From Fimbriosthenelais zetlandica (taxonomy: Eukaryota), in the NCBI GenBank assembly GCA_977030845.1, contig OZ365118.1, forward strand, positions 17,112,001 to 17,176,000: a stretch of 64,000 bases of DNA, in the 5' to 3' direction. The notes beneath the pieces were generated by a model. That model made no database searches. It was not told the origin of the DNA and saw nothing but the letters and a program-made list of their open reading frames with translations. The translations under genes were made by a program, and so were the position numbers. Positions 26,050 to 39,093 of this stretch are shown in pieces. Positions within the stretch are counted from its first letter, which is position 1, and each line of letters starts with the position of its first letter.

Positions 26050-26258
26050 ACCCATCTGTCTCCCTCTTCATCCCTTCTCCCACTCTTTCCTCGATCTTAT
26101 TCCCTCTCCTCTATCCTCTTTACCCTTGGTTCTGTCTCCCTTCTTTTGCTCCTCTTTCCATCCCATCGTCTAACTCCCTCTCTCCTCTCCTCTTTCTCTC
26201 CTTTCCCCTCTCCCTCTTTCTCTCCTCTCTCATATACTGTCTCTCTCTCCCTCTCTCA
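26050..26258 (+). repeat. CT-rich polypyrimidine tract
   Basis: About 200 nt of mostly C/T. Confidence 0.85.
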
Positions 26259-27111
26259 TACATCGCCATATTGGGACCTTTCATGTTTAAAGCAGCCCAG
26301 TAAGGACACGTCCCTTTCATGGCCCTCACCTTGAGAAACATTGAGGGGAGTACTCGAGTGTCTTAACGAGCCATGTCAGGAGAGAGAGGGCTGAGAGGTG
26401 CGAGGCTTTGTACACCACCGTGACATACCGGGCCTGGAGGGTATTAAATATCTCACAGAGATAATACAATTATTCACCACCTCTCTCCTCCCATGATGAC
26501 TACACGAGGTGGTCCTTCAGTCCTGTCCTTTCTATATGCCCTTTACAAGTCCCTGATCAAGGGGTCTTATCATGAAAAATAATGTACATGATTGTCCCCG
26601 TAGAGATAGCATTGGTAACCGCTTCGGCCTATACGAAGGCGTCGGTTATTGCTAGATCCATAATACTTTTGCATGAAAATGTCGCTCTTTGATCTTAAGG
26701 GTCACTAATAAGATTTCATTTCATAATCCACTATTACGAAATGGGTCCCGAGTTTGGGTTTATAACTATTTAGAGGAACAGTCCCTTGTATTTAGAGGAT
26801 CCAATATAAAAATCTGCAGTTCTTGAGAGAAGATGACGGGGGAGCCAGACACAGAGAGACAAGCCACCGGTGTGTGAATGATTCATAGCCCCGAGTAGAA
26901 AGTGTGTGACTATTGGAAATCAAACCTAGTACCCATGGAAAGGATTTATCCCGGGGTTTATCAGGTTGGAGAGGGTTACGAAAAAAACACTCCTGTGGGG
27001 TTTCTAGTTTCAGATATCACCGCTAGGTGGAAAGGTGACCAATAGAAATGTCAATCTCCTAACATACACCTATCCGCAGGTGGTAGGCGAGTACTGTTCC
27101 CACCAAAACCA

Positions 27112-27292
27112 GGGGCTGTTTCAGAAATATGGTATCTATATGTGTTGATGGGGGTTTTCCTTTATGGAATGCACCTAAAAGATCTTTTATAGGTGTTTCT
27201 TTAATGGGGGGAAAAATAAGCAAGAAACACTATTTTCCAATAGAATTAATATTGGTCTCGTTTCTGTAATTTATTTTTCATGAAACGGCCCC
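27112..27292. mobile_element. TIR element, longer copy (181 bp)
   Basis: Left GGGGCTGTTTCAGAAA; right TTCATGAAACGGCCCC. Contains the family core CCAATAGAATTAATATTGG. Confidence 0.65.
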
Positions 27293-28581
27293 CAATCCCA
27301 GGATCATTTGTACCCATCCCTGATAAAATAAATGTGTCCATACATCTCACCATTGTATCAGTTTAAACGAGCTTCCTGTATGTCTATACATAACAAGAAA
27401 TCTGTGCTAACAAAGGCGTCTTAAATCTAAGTAGCGGATTCTTTACATTTCACAAAATAATATTTATTTTTCTCTTAAGGCAGAAAGATACAGAACGCAT
27501 TTATTCAAGCCTTTTATATACGAGGGAAAGAATCTCTTCTCAGAAAAGCAAATATGATGGTGTCTTTGACGTGTTTTAAAAGGATTTAATGCAGCATTTA
27601 ATGTGTATTTGAACTAGACTCGCTCATAAAATAGAGGCTCAATGGAAAGGAGAGATTTGAAAGCACCATGAGGGTATGGCTGGCCATTATCTAACTAAAT
27701 CTCTCAATACACCACCATCCCCTATCATATACTGCCTCCAGTTCTATACACCCTTTCATTTCTGCCAACATCAAGGTGTTACCTCCATCATTTTCAAGTT
27801 TGAATTTTTGAAATCCATTTCGTTGAGAAAAAATATGTAAGGTTGAAAAGGTATAGAGATGATGAGGTATAGGATTACGTTCAGATCGGTTCATCGTATT
27901 ATCTCTCATGGCTTTAGAATATAATGAATTATCACAGGAGTACATCATATATGTCAGTTAACAAGAAATGATTTTTTGACAAAGAAATGCACCAGGTACA
28001 CTTGAATAATATGTAAAGATCTTGTCTGGCTATGTCGTAAGTTGAGAACTGGAGTGCAGGCACCCTCTACTAAATCATGGTGAATCTACAGAGATTTCCA
28101 ATGGACCATTACTTCAACTAAAGCCTCTTTTGGATTAGGTTGCTCCGTCCAATTCTATAGCATCCTCTCCTAACGCCTGCATGATTAGTCGGTCCTTTTT
28201 GATTGACACAATAGTCATTTATTTGATACTGCTTCCTTCCATGTACGCCCATGTACTGTATCTGATTCAAAACTTCCACTTTTCTAAGAGAGCATGTTTT
28301 ATGGACGTCTGGAGTTTCACTCTATCTTTGCCCTCCGCTATCTTTGTATCTCTTATCTTTTTTGAGCTTTTGAGATACAATCTTAGCTCAGTGTGGCACT
28401 GACAAAAGTAGTTGTCCCCCTATTCAAGTGTAAAGGACTAAAAAGAGATTTCAACTCAAAGGTAGTAAGGTTAACATCTCAAGGCAGGTAAAAAGACCAC
28501 CTATATGACTTCATTTAAGTTAGCAGTTAAATCTGGATATGTAGAAAATAATCTAATAAGTTACAAATGTTGTTTAATTGC

Positions 28582-28641
28582 ATCTATCCATCCATCCAAC
28601 CATGCATCCACCCATCCATCCATCTACCTATCCACCAACCT
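28582..28641 (+). repeat. Degenerate (CATC)n tetranucleotide microsatellite
   Basis: catctatccatccatccaaccatgcatccacccatccatccatctacctatcc. Confidence 0.8.
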
Positions 28642-31353
28642 AAACATCCAAGACCTGTCATTGTCTATTGCCACATGACAAATGAGAGGTCAGCTATGTT
28701 CAGCCTGCGAGCCTTGTATGAATACCTCGCCAGTCTCGCCAGATCTTAGCGAGGCTACAGGTGGACAATGATGCACCTCTCTCTTTAGTATTTACACCTG
28801 TGTTTGTAACACCTGGGCATACCTTAACTACAAGGTCTATACTCTATACCCAATGATCCCCACAGCTGGATTTAATCACAAATTTCCCATCCAGAAGCAA
28901 TGTGTAATGGCAAGGAATATAGCTCTATGGTTGTCAATAAAGAAATATATCTTTCTATGAATGATAACCAGGTGGGACTGTGGCTGGTGTTTACCTAGGT
29001 ATCAGAGAGAGATACCTGGCATAAAAGGCACACATGTTACCGAATTCCATGCTACTTTTGTCATGGCAAATCTCAGGATCACGGTCTGGATATGTGTGCT
29101 TCTTGAAAAAATACTCAGGGGGTATTTCACCGAGGTGTACCAGTTGAACCCGTTGGGATGAGGGCTAAGCCTCGGGCTCGAGCCCTCTGATACACTTGAA
29201 AGTTGCATCACTGGAGAAAGTGGTATGCCCACATGGTTTGTTTTCTTTGTCCTTGGGAGGATGTGGCTCTTTTGTGAAGCAAACATGGAGCCTATTGTTA
29301 GAGAAAATATCTCCCTACTTAGACAAATAAACGTCTCTTGTTAACAAATGGATCATTTCACAGAAGCTGAAAACATGGGCTGCTAGCAATGTTCAACAAA
29401 GGGGAATGCTTGAAAAACATGAGTTCTGAGTTAAAGATCCGCTTGCTGCAACCTCAGTACCTTGTTGCAGGTACTGACCTTTTGGTGCAAGCCAAGCTAT
29501 CATGAGTGCAAGCCTTAAAGGGTACCGCAACCATTGAAATGGCAACAAATGCCACCACGTAGGCTGAGAATTAATCACTTAAATTTTGGCTTTGGAAACC
29601 TCAAAGTTAATTACTGGGGTGGACAAAGTCATTTGAGAAGTCAGACACGGCTAATTAAAAGCTAATCGAATTGTCATGTGATGAATATAAATTGATATAC
29701 TTCATCACCAAATTTTCCATAAACAAATATTAATTTGCAATTCATATTTCTACTTCCCAACTGGAATATCTTATTTTAAATCACAGTAATTATAAAGAAA
29801 CCGACATGGACATTTTAAGGAGAATTTTACTTGGGTTTTGTAGGCCTACTATATTTTTTAATGAAATATCATGAAAATATGTACCCCACAAAAATAAAAA
29901 TAGATAATTACAATAATCATAGCTGGGGATGTAATCATAGGAATAAGACCGCGTGACTATCAAAGAAATCTCAATTTTGATTTGTTCATATGGTCACAAT
30001 AGTCATATCTGACATCCACAGGGCCCTTTATGGGGCACCCAGCGAGGTCATGCCCTTTTGGACAGGGCCTTTGCCCTCTCACTGGCGCCATGCAGCTGAG
30101 CTTCCGTGGCCACAAAGCCCTTCCTCAAACGTGGATGTATAAAGATATATTCACAAAGCAGGGGGGTATTGGGGGAAATAGAGGGCCTGGGTGTGTGCTT
30201 GACATATAAAGGTTATGATGTTAATGTGGTAAAGCATGCAATCCTAGAGATGTCTCTATCTAGATATGTTCTCAGTCTTTAATAGATGCCGTACTTTAGT
30301 CCAGTAAGTCTCAGAATCTTAAATTATATTTGAGTTATATATAGTAGCCTATATTAAAGAAGCCTTTCAAAAAACCATATCCGACCATTGACAGGAGAGT
30401 GCAAAACTATAACTAATCAAGGCACGCTAACCAGTCGATGATGGATGACAGACCTGTGCTTGCCCTATTGACAAAGTCTCCATTTTGAGCCATCCCACTA
30501 TAATATATCCCTGAGTATTGGCCTGATTATAGCTTGGACCACTTACCCTGACTCAGGCCCTAAGCAGACAATGCTAATAGGCAAGAATCAAGACCTTCAA
30601 ATGCGGGTAATTTTACCCACAGCGGCTGACCCACCCGCGTTTTTTGTGTGGCCGAAAAAGGACCATGGCTTAATCTTGGGTGTTCTGGTATTGGCCTGGG
30701 GTGAGTGGAGTGACGGGTGAATCTGTTAGCCCTATCACACATATGATCTCTTTTTTAAAAGATTAGATCAAGGCATGCCAACATCAGGGTACTTGAGTCC
30801 ATCTTAAAATTTTAAAAAATTCCCAAGAGCAATTGCTTGGCCCCAATTAGGCCCAATTACCACATACCATATCTTAGAGAGATATGTATTTCATCTTTCA
30901 AATTACAATCAAATCTAAAGTCACAAACCAGATGGATATTTGACGAAAGATGACTATATTTGATTGAAATTGATTCTCGACAAATCCCCCAAACGTCCAT
31001 CGCTGAGGACATCATTATAGGTGAGAGAAACCTGAAGGAAAACTCATTAGCTTGTTGACCTATGCAAACGGACTGTTTGCACAGCCTCCCAGGGCTGTAC
31101 CAACACCATTAGTATTAAGCACAGCCATCTCATCCCCGATTTACGATGTCCTTGCCTTTTGGTGGGATGAGAATAATCACCCCCGTCTGCTCGGCCTTCC
31201 TAACATGGGATTGCTACTGTATTAGATGGGCTTTAACTTGTCCAATACATTGCTTACGACTTGATATTAAACCCCTTTAATGGTTCCTAGTCACATATTA
31301 GGCTGGTATACTTAGTGACCATATAAGCCTGTGACAATACAGGTGGGGACGTG

Positions 31354-31435
31354 GGGCCTGTTTCACAATTTAGTTACGCTATATCAGCCAGTGGAGAGCA
31401 TTGGACTTATGGAAAATATTTTCTGAAACAAGCCC
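31354..31435. mobile_element. Short TIR element (MITE family)
   Basis: Left GGGCCTGTTTCACAA; right revcomp GGGCTTGTTTCAGAA (13/15 match). Confidence 0.7.
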
Positions 31436-34400
31436 TGGACATGTGGCCATTGCATCTACAGTAAATCCCCTTTATAAAGCTGGTTTTGGTTCAACACAGC
31501 TGTCAGTTAGATACACACTCGTTCCCTTTATCCGTCTGCCTTGATCATGCTTCACCACATTCTTTAAGTGACTAGGGGCATGTTCCATAATAAAAATGCT
31601 ACCTAAAGGTTTTGTATATGGAAAGCTAGCACCAGGTTATGAATTGTAGTAGGACCCCGGGTCTGGCTAATTCAGTATTGTTGTTTTTCTGCATGACTTC
31701 TGACTTTCAACCATTATCCTTTTATTATGGTCCAATGCCCCACCTGCTTCCTGCCCCCCTCCCCAGCAACTCCTCACCCCTTCCACCCTCCATACCCTCC
31801 CCACCATCCCCCCAACCAGTACCTGATATTCAAGTGTTATCTCAAAGGCTTAAAATCCAAAACCAACTTTCCCCGCTTCCCCTTCCCTCCGCTCGAGCAA
31901 ATATTCCCCTGAAGGGGGCTTTTAACAAATTCATCATGCAAATGACTCAAGTTCTCTTTTGTAAAAAAGATATTTTTAAGGAAAAAACTGTTTACTCATC
32001 TGCGACGTTTTCGGATTTAAAAAGTGAAATGTCCCCCTGAAAGGTCCGATTTTAAACGGCTAAAGTCCCTCTCTGCACGGTCCTGATTATAGTAATTGTT
32101 CCCCACCCCCTACCCATACATATACTGGTGGTAGGTCTTTCAAAACTTGAGAGAGAAGATTGAAGTCAGGGGCAACAAATCACTCCCTGAATAGTCACTA
32201 TAGTGATCCCCATTGAACCCTCAACCAGCAAGTCTCAGGGTTGTCCACACAGACATCTATACCATCTCAGGTTACTGTCGTTTGGAAAAGCAGATATCAA
32301 ATAATATACGAGGCCCTTATCTCATATTCTGACCAGTGCATCTATGCAGTTGCAGACATAGAATGTTTGTATCCATTGATAAGCCCCTGTCCACTGTGAA
32401 ATTATCAGAGCAGAGAAGTAAGTGGTGAAAGAGCGAGCTGGTTTATCTCAGCATTATTGTGCATTCTGGGAAATAAATAGGGTTTGCCATGACCCCAGCG
32501 GTTCACTACGATTTGACACAATAAACCAGTCGTTTTAAAGGCAGATGTTTGATTTGAAATTACAGTGGAAAGATTTTGTAAGCAAATTTGTATAATTTTA
32601 GGAGGATGATAAATTGATGATGTCTGTTTGAATAATTGGTATTAGCTTTAAAAATATAAAGTTTGGGAAGAGAGTTTGTGGGATACATACAAGTCCATGT
32701 ATGTGATTTTGCATTTGAAATAGGTGCTAATCCAGTTAGTGACCCACAGGTATACTAGAACTAATTATGCCCCTTGCAGAAGGCGGGCCAGAGATGAAAG
32801 TACCGAGTGGAAGTCTAGGTGTCTGTACTGAGTGCTAATTTGTCCAGGTTTCAACAGACGCCCATAGAACAAAGCCTTCAAATAGAGTACAGCTAAAGGT
32901 ATGCACTGCTAGCAGCCGCAGCTTCCATACATGGGGCTGCATTCTGTAGCAGTTATGTAACATTAACTATTGTTAATGTTTAACCCCTGAGGTCTCCATC
33001 CCACCCTCTCCCTCATTGTTATATACTTCCCCTTGTTTTCCTATTGTACATTTATCATTAGCCAAACACGGTTCGTTTCCTATAGGACATAGACTGTGGA
33101 CACCTCTGGTATATACAGGTGTTAATAGGATGGGGAAGTCAAAGGTATAACGCTAGTTGAGTAATCATGATTAGTTCTCAAAGGGGTGTGGTGGTTTTAG
33201 GTGCTAATACAGTTACGCTGTTAGTGTTCACTAATTCTTAATTACAGACTTGTGCTCGGGCATGTGCTATTGAAGTACCGTGACCCAAGGGCATTAGTTC
33301 GTCATAGGCATGATATTTAGTTCAAAATATCATATAGATTTCTGGGAATTTAGATGAGAATTATAGGTAAGAATTCAGCAATTGATGCTAAATTCAAGGA
33401 TTTAATCTTCCATCATTTTCTTATGTGGATTTGTCCATAACCTTCTTTGGCCATTGCTTCGGCTCTCTCCCTCCCTCTCCCTATATCTCCCCCTCTCCTT
33501 CCCCTACATTCCTGGCCCTAGGCCAGCCAGACCTCCCTTCACAAACCTCTGTTTTCAATGCCTTCCTGTAAAGGGTCCAGTGAATGGCTACAATTATCTG
33601 ATGCAATTAGACTCGTAACCTTTTGTGGACGAGAAGCAATTGTAAACCAGTTTACATAAGCCTAATCGTCCCGGCCTTCTATTCCTCACTCAGTCAGGTG
33701 TTAGCTGGGACCATTTTCCCAATATAGATAAGTCAGAAACCCGAGGTTTTTCACTGCTTTTCTTTCACCTAACAATTTGACATTTAGGAGGTCCTCCTAT
33801 TATAGTATCAATTGTTCTATTTGATCCCACTAGGCATAAAAGCATCAAAGGATGGGTGGAATTTGAGAGAAGTTCCTTGTAGCCTATAGTATGCCACTGT
33901 TGTGTCGTGATTCAATTCCCATCCTTATACCTCAGGGAAGCCACGCGTTTATATGATTCCCTGAATAGGGAAGATACCCCATCCTTCAAGGGATTCACCT
34001 ATTTTGCCTTTATATATATATCTAAATAATTAGCTCCCCAGGGTTGCATTTTAGTGACCCTTGGGTAGATTTAATGTCTGGACAGACACTGCAGCCAGAA
34101 ATATAACAGGTTTTGAGAACACCCAAGGGCATAGAGAGAAACCTCAATGGCTGATTTTTTTTCAGAATAGGTGTTTTGAAGGTTGGACGTGCAATATGTT
34201 CACAACATATGTGGTACTTTTTGAGGGCCTCTCCCCCTCCCCTACCCCCGGGTCATTGGGTGGAATGCCTGTGTTTTGTGTAGGTTGTTAGACCCCCGTC
34301 TGTCCCCTTCCTTCAAAATAAACCTGCCACTCTCCCTCCCCAGTCTCAGAGATTGAAGATGGTCCGCCAACCTTTAACCAATGTCCATTCGGGCGCGGAC

Positions 34401-37369
34401 AAAGGAACTTAACTTAGACCCTTAAGCATTTCAACATATATAATGCCCTTCCGACCACAAAGCGATGGGGGACAGTACAGTAGTTGGTATGTATGTAGAT
34501 TCTAACAGGTCTGCCACCCATCTCCCTCCCAGAGTGGGGCAAATTCACAAGTGTTTTGACCCATTGAAATACTGCCTTTACCCCCTATGAATCCAGCCAC
34601 ACTTCCCACTGTGAAGTGATCTAACCCTTCCCTTGGATTTCCCCCTCTTCCCCATTGCTTCAGGACTTCAAAGTGCCCGGCTCTTGCCCCAGCATCCAGT
34701 CCCACCTTTTGCCCATTTAGCTCGCCTTAGAAACGCCCCTAAAAGGTAATTAAACCTGCTAGGTCGAACGCCAGCACTTCTGTTCTGCCCTCCTCCCACT
34801 TTTTTTTCTTCAAAAAGCAGGATGCCGGGAGAAGTCAATTGAGCTGGATTGATGACCTCGAGCAAAGTTTTGGTTTGGCAATTAGGTGAACCACACGGCC
34901 CAGCAGTCGTTCTGTCTCGGGTTGAATTTGAAACCCATGCAAATGGACCCATCCTTCCCACCCTTAGCTTTCAGTAGCAAAGCTAACAAGGTTGCTCTAA
35001 ATGCTGCAATGTTCTAAATCGATCCAAACTTCTCTTGTCAAAGTTATTTTCTTTTCCTCAATTGCACTATTTTCAGTCACAATGGAATGAAATTAAGTCC
35101 ATTTAGGACATTATAAAAGGTTTCAAGTTTGTTTTGAAAAACCAGCTTCACTATTGAACTAGGTTTAAAAATAGACTCGTCGAAATGCCATAGAGATGCC
35201 GGAGATAGATATAGAAATAGGCATCGTTTGGTAAGGCCAGTGCCATTGGAGTGCTAAATACGCTTGTTAGTGGACATCAATGTCAGGGAGGTGGACAGGA
35301 GGTGAAAGCTGGACTGACCGCTCACTATTGTGGTCACCTGTACTGGTCAAGTGTCAGTCAGGCGTCTCAGCTCAAGGTGACAGTATATTTGATGCTGCAC
35401 TGAACACTGGCTATCTGCCTCTATTCTGGTATGTGTGGTTGTGTGTGTATTGGGCTCTTTTCCAAATATATGCCAAGTATCCCAGTCTCTCCATGGATAT
35501 AATGATTTCCATTACGTCTATAATAGTCCCACGCCAAAGATGGTTATCAGATCAGATGATTTATATTCTTAGGAAGGTATAAATCTATAGAAATATGTAA
35601 ATGACTGTCTCATCTACCAAAAATGAATTATAATAAATGAATAAATAGATAATAATTTTTCATCTATTTATAGGACATTGAGGAATTTCTGCAGCGGAGA
35701 CATTCCGAAACAGGTCAGTAAAATCCCACGTCAATAAACAATGTAAACTTTTACGACCCATCCGAACTATCTAGAGATGTCCTAATATCCAGATCTGATT
35801 TGACATTCACTTCCTTACAATCATTCTTCATGCATATTCAACTACTCGAGCTATGTGTGAAGGGAAGCATCCTATACTTAACGATTGACAACACATCGAC
35901 CGTTTACTCTTGACATTTCCTCTCGGGAATACGCATCAGCTTTCTGGGGGAGCGGGGAAAGTATATTTTCTTTAATCCGAGCATATAATACATGACACTA
36001 AAGTACTCTACATATATGTGAGAGTCTTAGAGACAAATCTTTTTGGCCGGCTGCTGAAGTGAAGTCCCCACTTCACCAGCTTAGACACTGTGGCATTGCA
36101 TTGAGAGACATCCCACTGACTGTAGTGTTAAATCTATTTTTTCTCTTCACAATGCTTCCTCCTATATTCCTCACCTCTCTCTATATACTCTTTATACATG
36201 ATGTTAATCTGATTAAACATGCCATCCTGACCCCTTTCTCCTGCTAAAACCCTTGCAGTGGTGACGGCACATCTTAATTTTCTGCCGGGTTGCGTCTTTT
36301 GTGTTGTGATGAGGTTGCTTGTTATCCCCCCCCCCCCCCACCCACCCCCACCCCCGCCTGTCAAGCAGCACCCCAGTGAGTTTGTATATGCCATGTCAAC
36401 CCAGATGCTGCAATGATAACTTGCCAAGCAAAATGTATGGCAAGAGGCGAAGGGATTAATATATATACACCTAATGAGGGATTTAACAGTGGGGGTTTAA
36501 GTCATGTCTGAGGGGGTAAGAACAATATATGTGTCCATCAACCCCCTCCCCTTCCAACAACCCATCTCCCAAACCACTGGATATAAAAAGTATTGGTTTG
36601 TCCACTGAAAAGATATCCAGTGATGGTATTCTATTTTGTCTTTGAATACCAAGGGTTTCGCTTCCGAAGCCGTAGAATGCCACCTTGGGGTATGTTTCCC
36701 CGAGGGAGAATGGCCACACCTTCAGTGTAGTGTAGTGCAGGGGTGGGGGGTGTGATGGGTTCTGGTCAACCAGCTGTCCTGCCAGCCTCCCTGGAGAGGT
36801 CATACCTATATACATGCTCATATAATAAGATGCACTCATCCATGCTTATACTGGGTCCCTGGAGGAAACCCAGCTGGCCCCTCAAAACAAAAAGATCTAC
36901 TTTAATGAGGAAGAGACTTTGATATAGAAAGTGCACACCTGGGTCATGTTCACGGGCGTATGCTCGACTCCCATAGAAACAAATGTCATAGGTTTTACTG
37001 ACAGAATGACAGGGACAATGTCCAATACAGTGCCATTATATATTACATTAGATATATTTTACATCAATAGAATCATGATCGATCCAGTCTATGTTTTGTC
37101 TGTGAATAGACATGATGCCCAATACAGACTATTGTGAATTATGGAGGATTATGAAATATATTGAGGCTGTGCTGGGATTAAATACCACTAATCGCCTGTT
37201 ATCCAATGTAATATGGAGGCCTTACATGCCCGAGTTAATCATCTGAGTGCCCCCGCAACACTCTCAGTCCGTCATACTTCATAAACTTCCATGAATCAGT
37301 GATGAAGGCAGGCTTTGTGGCCCGGTCATGATCAACTAATTCACGTGCTAGAAGTTTAGACAAACGCTG

Positions 37370-37457
37370 GGGCACATTTCATGAAAATGCTGATCACCAT
37401 TGGTAAACTGATTGACATAACATTGGGTAACTGAGTCCATATGATTTGAGACAGCCC
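37370..37457. mobile_element. Short TIR element with CTG target-site duplication
   Basis: ctg|GGGCACATTTCATGAA ... TTTGAGACAGCCC|ctg. Internal TGATTGACATAACATTGG is shared with the 15561 copy. Confidence 0.65.
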
Positions 37458-37690
37458 CTGAGGGGAGTAAACAATGCACCCAGATGCCAATTCACTGAGT
37501 TATTTGATGAATTCAATGAGTTATTTTGGGGTGTGATGTAAAATTCATTGCAAAAACATCACTTTGTTAAAGTTTGAATCTGGACCGGGGCCTATTATTA
37601 GTTCTGCACCAACAGGGCAATTTGTTCTGTTCGATTTTAAAAATTCAATGTGCCAGCTAAATATTACATAAGTATTGTATCAAAATCTGA

Positions 37691-37776
37691 GGGCCTGCTT
37701 CAGAAGAAACTCGCAGAATTAGCCCATAGTTTTAGCATTGGCTAATGTAGTGCATCTCTGTTTTGAAACAATTCCC
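37691..37776. mobile_element. Short TIR element (MITE family)
   Basis: Left GGGCCTGCTTCAGAA; right TTTTGAAACAATTCCC. Core CCCATAGTTTTAGCATTGGCTAATG. Confidence 0.65.
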
Positions 37777-39093
37777 TTAAAATCAGACTTCAAAGTGGAA
37801 CTTGGAAGTACCATAGGTCATATATGGAGCACCATCCAGCTTCTATGGCCATTATTGGGCCAGCTTCTGCCGCGTCTGCCTCGAGGCGATCGGAAAAATG
37901 TGCCTATTTCCATACCTTAATATCTCCTCTTAAAACTTTCACACCTTTTAAGGGAAGCCGTGAGGCTATACTTGTATGGTTCGGCCATCTATTGACGGTG
38001 AGAGGGGAGTAGAGATGGGCTGGTTCAATAACAAATCAAACCCACCTACCCGCCTGTAATTTACGGCAATAAAACACTCGTACTAAAATACTGAATGGGA
38101 TTCACAGTCACGCCTTCTACCGACAACCTTTCAATAGCACATCCTTGAAAGTTTTGTTTCCCCTCTTACTTTTATCAGATCCTAAGTCAGTCCCCTTGTC
38201 ATCGACTCAAGGAGTGTTTTGGTAAATGTCTCTGAACATTTATGACCTCGGATCAAGTTGTTTTCTTGTAGAACATGTCAGTGAAAATTTCCCCTCATTT
38301 GTAAGTGGCAATATTTTCAGTTTCACTCGCTAGTGAAGATCTATTACATTACCATTGATGTGTGTTATTAAAGCTGCCAGTGCCTTTAGGGGGAATCTGG
38401 TTTGGGTCTTGCTTTTCTCCTCTCACTCAGGTAACTGTCTGTATTGCCTTTGTTTTCCTATCTGACAAGGTAAAGGGCCCAGAGGGAATGATTATTATAT
38501 AGGCAGGCCCTGCTTCCAGTGTTAGGGGGTTCAGGTGGATATGTAATGATAGTTTATAAGTCTGGTAGTGGGAGACATGGCAGTTGGGGGAGCTAGGTAT
38601 TGATAAGTGCTGTTATCGGAAGGTAGACCTTTAGAGGGGCATAGGTCTGGAGGGGAGGATGTGTCTTTTTCAATGTCTGAGTGAACAGTAGAAGCATTGA
38701 GTGTGTAAACACAGTCTGCAGGCTATACTCACTGCAGGAGGTGGTTAGAAAGGTGAAAATCAGCCTCCCCCACCTGGCCAAGTGTAACCATGTCTACATG
38801 AGTCTATCTACCCTCCACTAGACCTCTCTAAACCCCCTTACCATGTCAAGCACCCTAGCATTACCATAACCTTACCACAGCAAGCCCCAAGCCACAAGTT
38901 TCAATCCCTTTTCCCCATTTCCATCACATTACCACTAAAAAAATCCCTATCTTTCTTGGGCCTGTCATTTTGAATCTGCATTGAAATCAGTCCCAGAGGT
39001 AAATGGAGGCAAGCCTTGTGCACATTGCTATTGGCGTTTTTTCACTTTCACTATAGAACATGGGGTGAATTAGTAAATGGAATAGATGCTTAC

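Noticed and set aside
30547-30573. Strong minus-strand donor CAGG|GTAAGT in the long intron (possible microexon)
   Set aside because: The nearest acceptors give a 27-nt exon with an in-frame TGA or a 13-nt frameshifting exon; no support.
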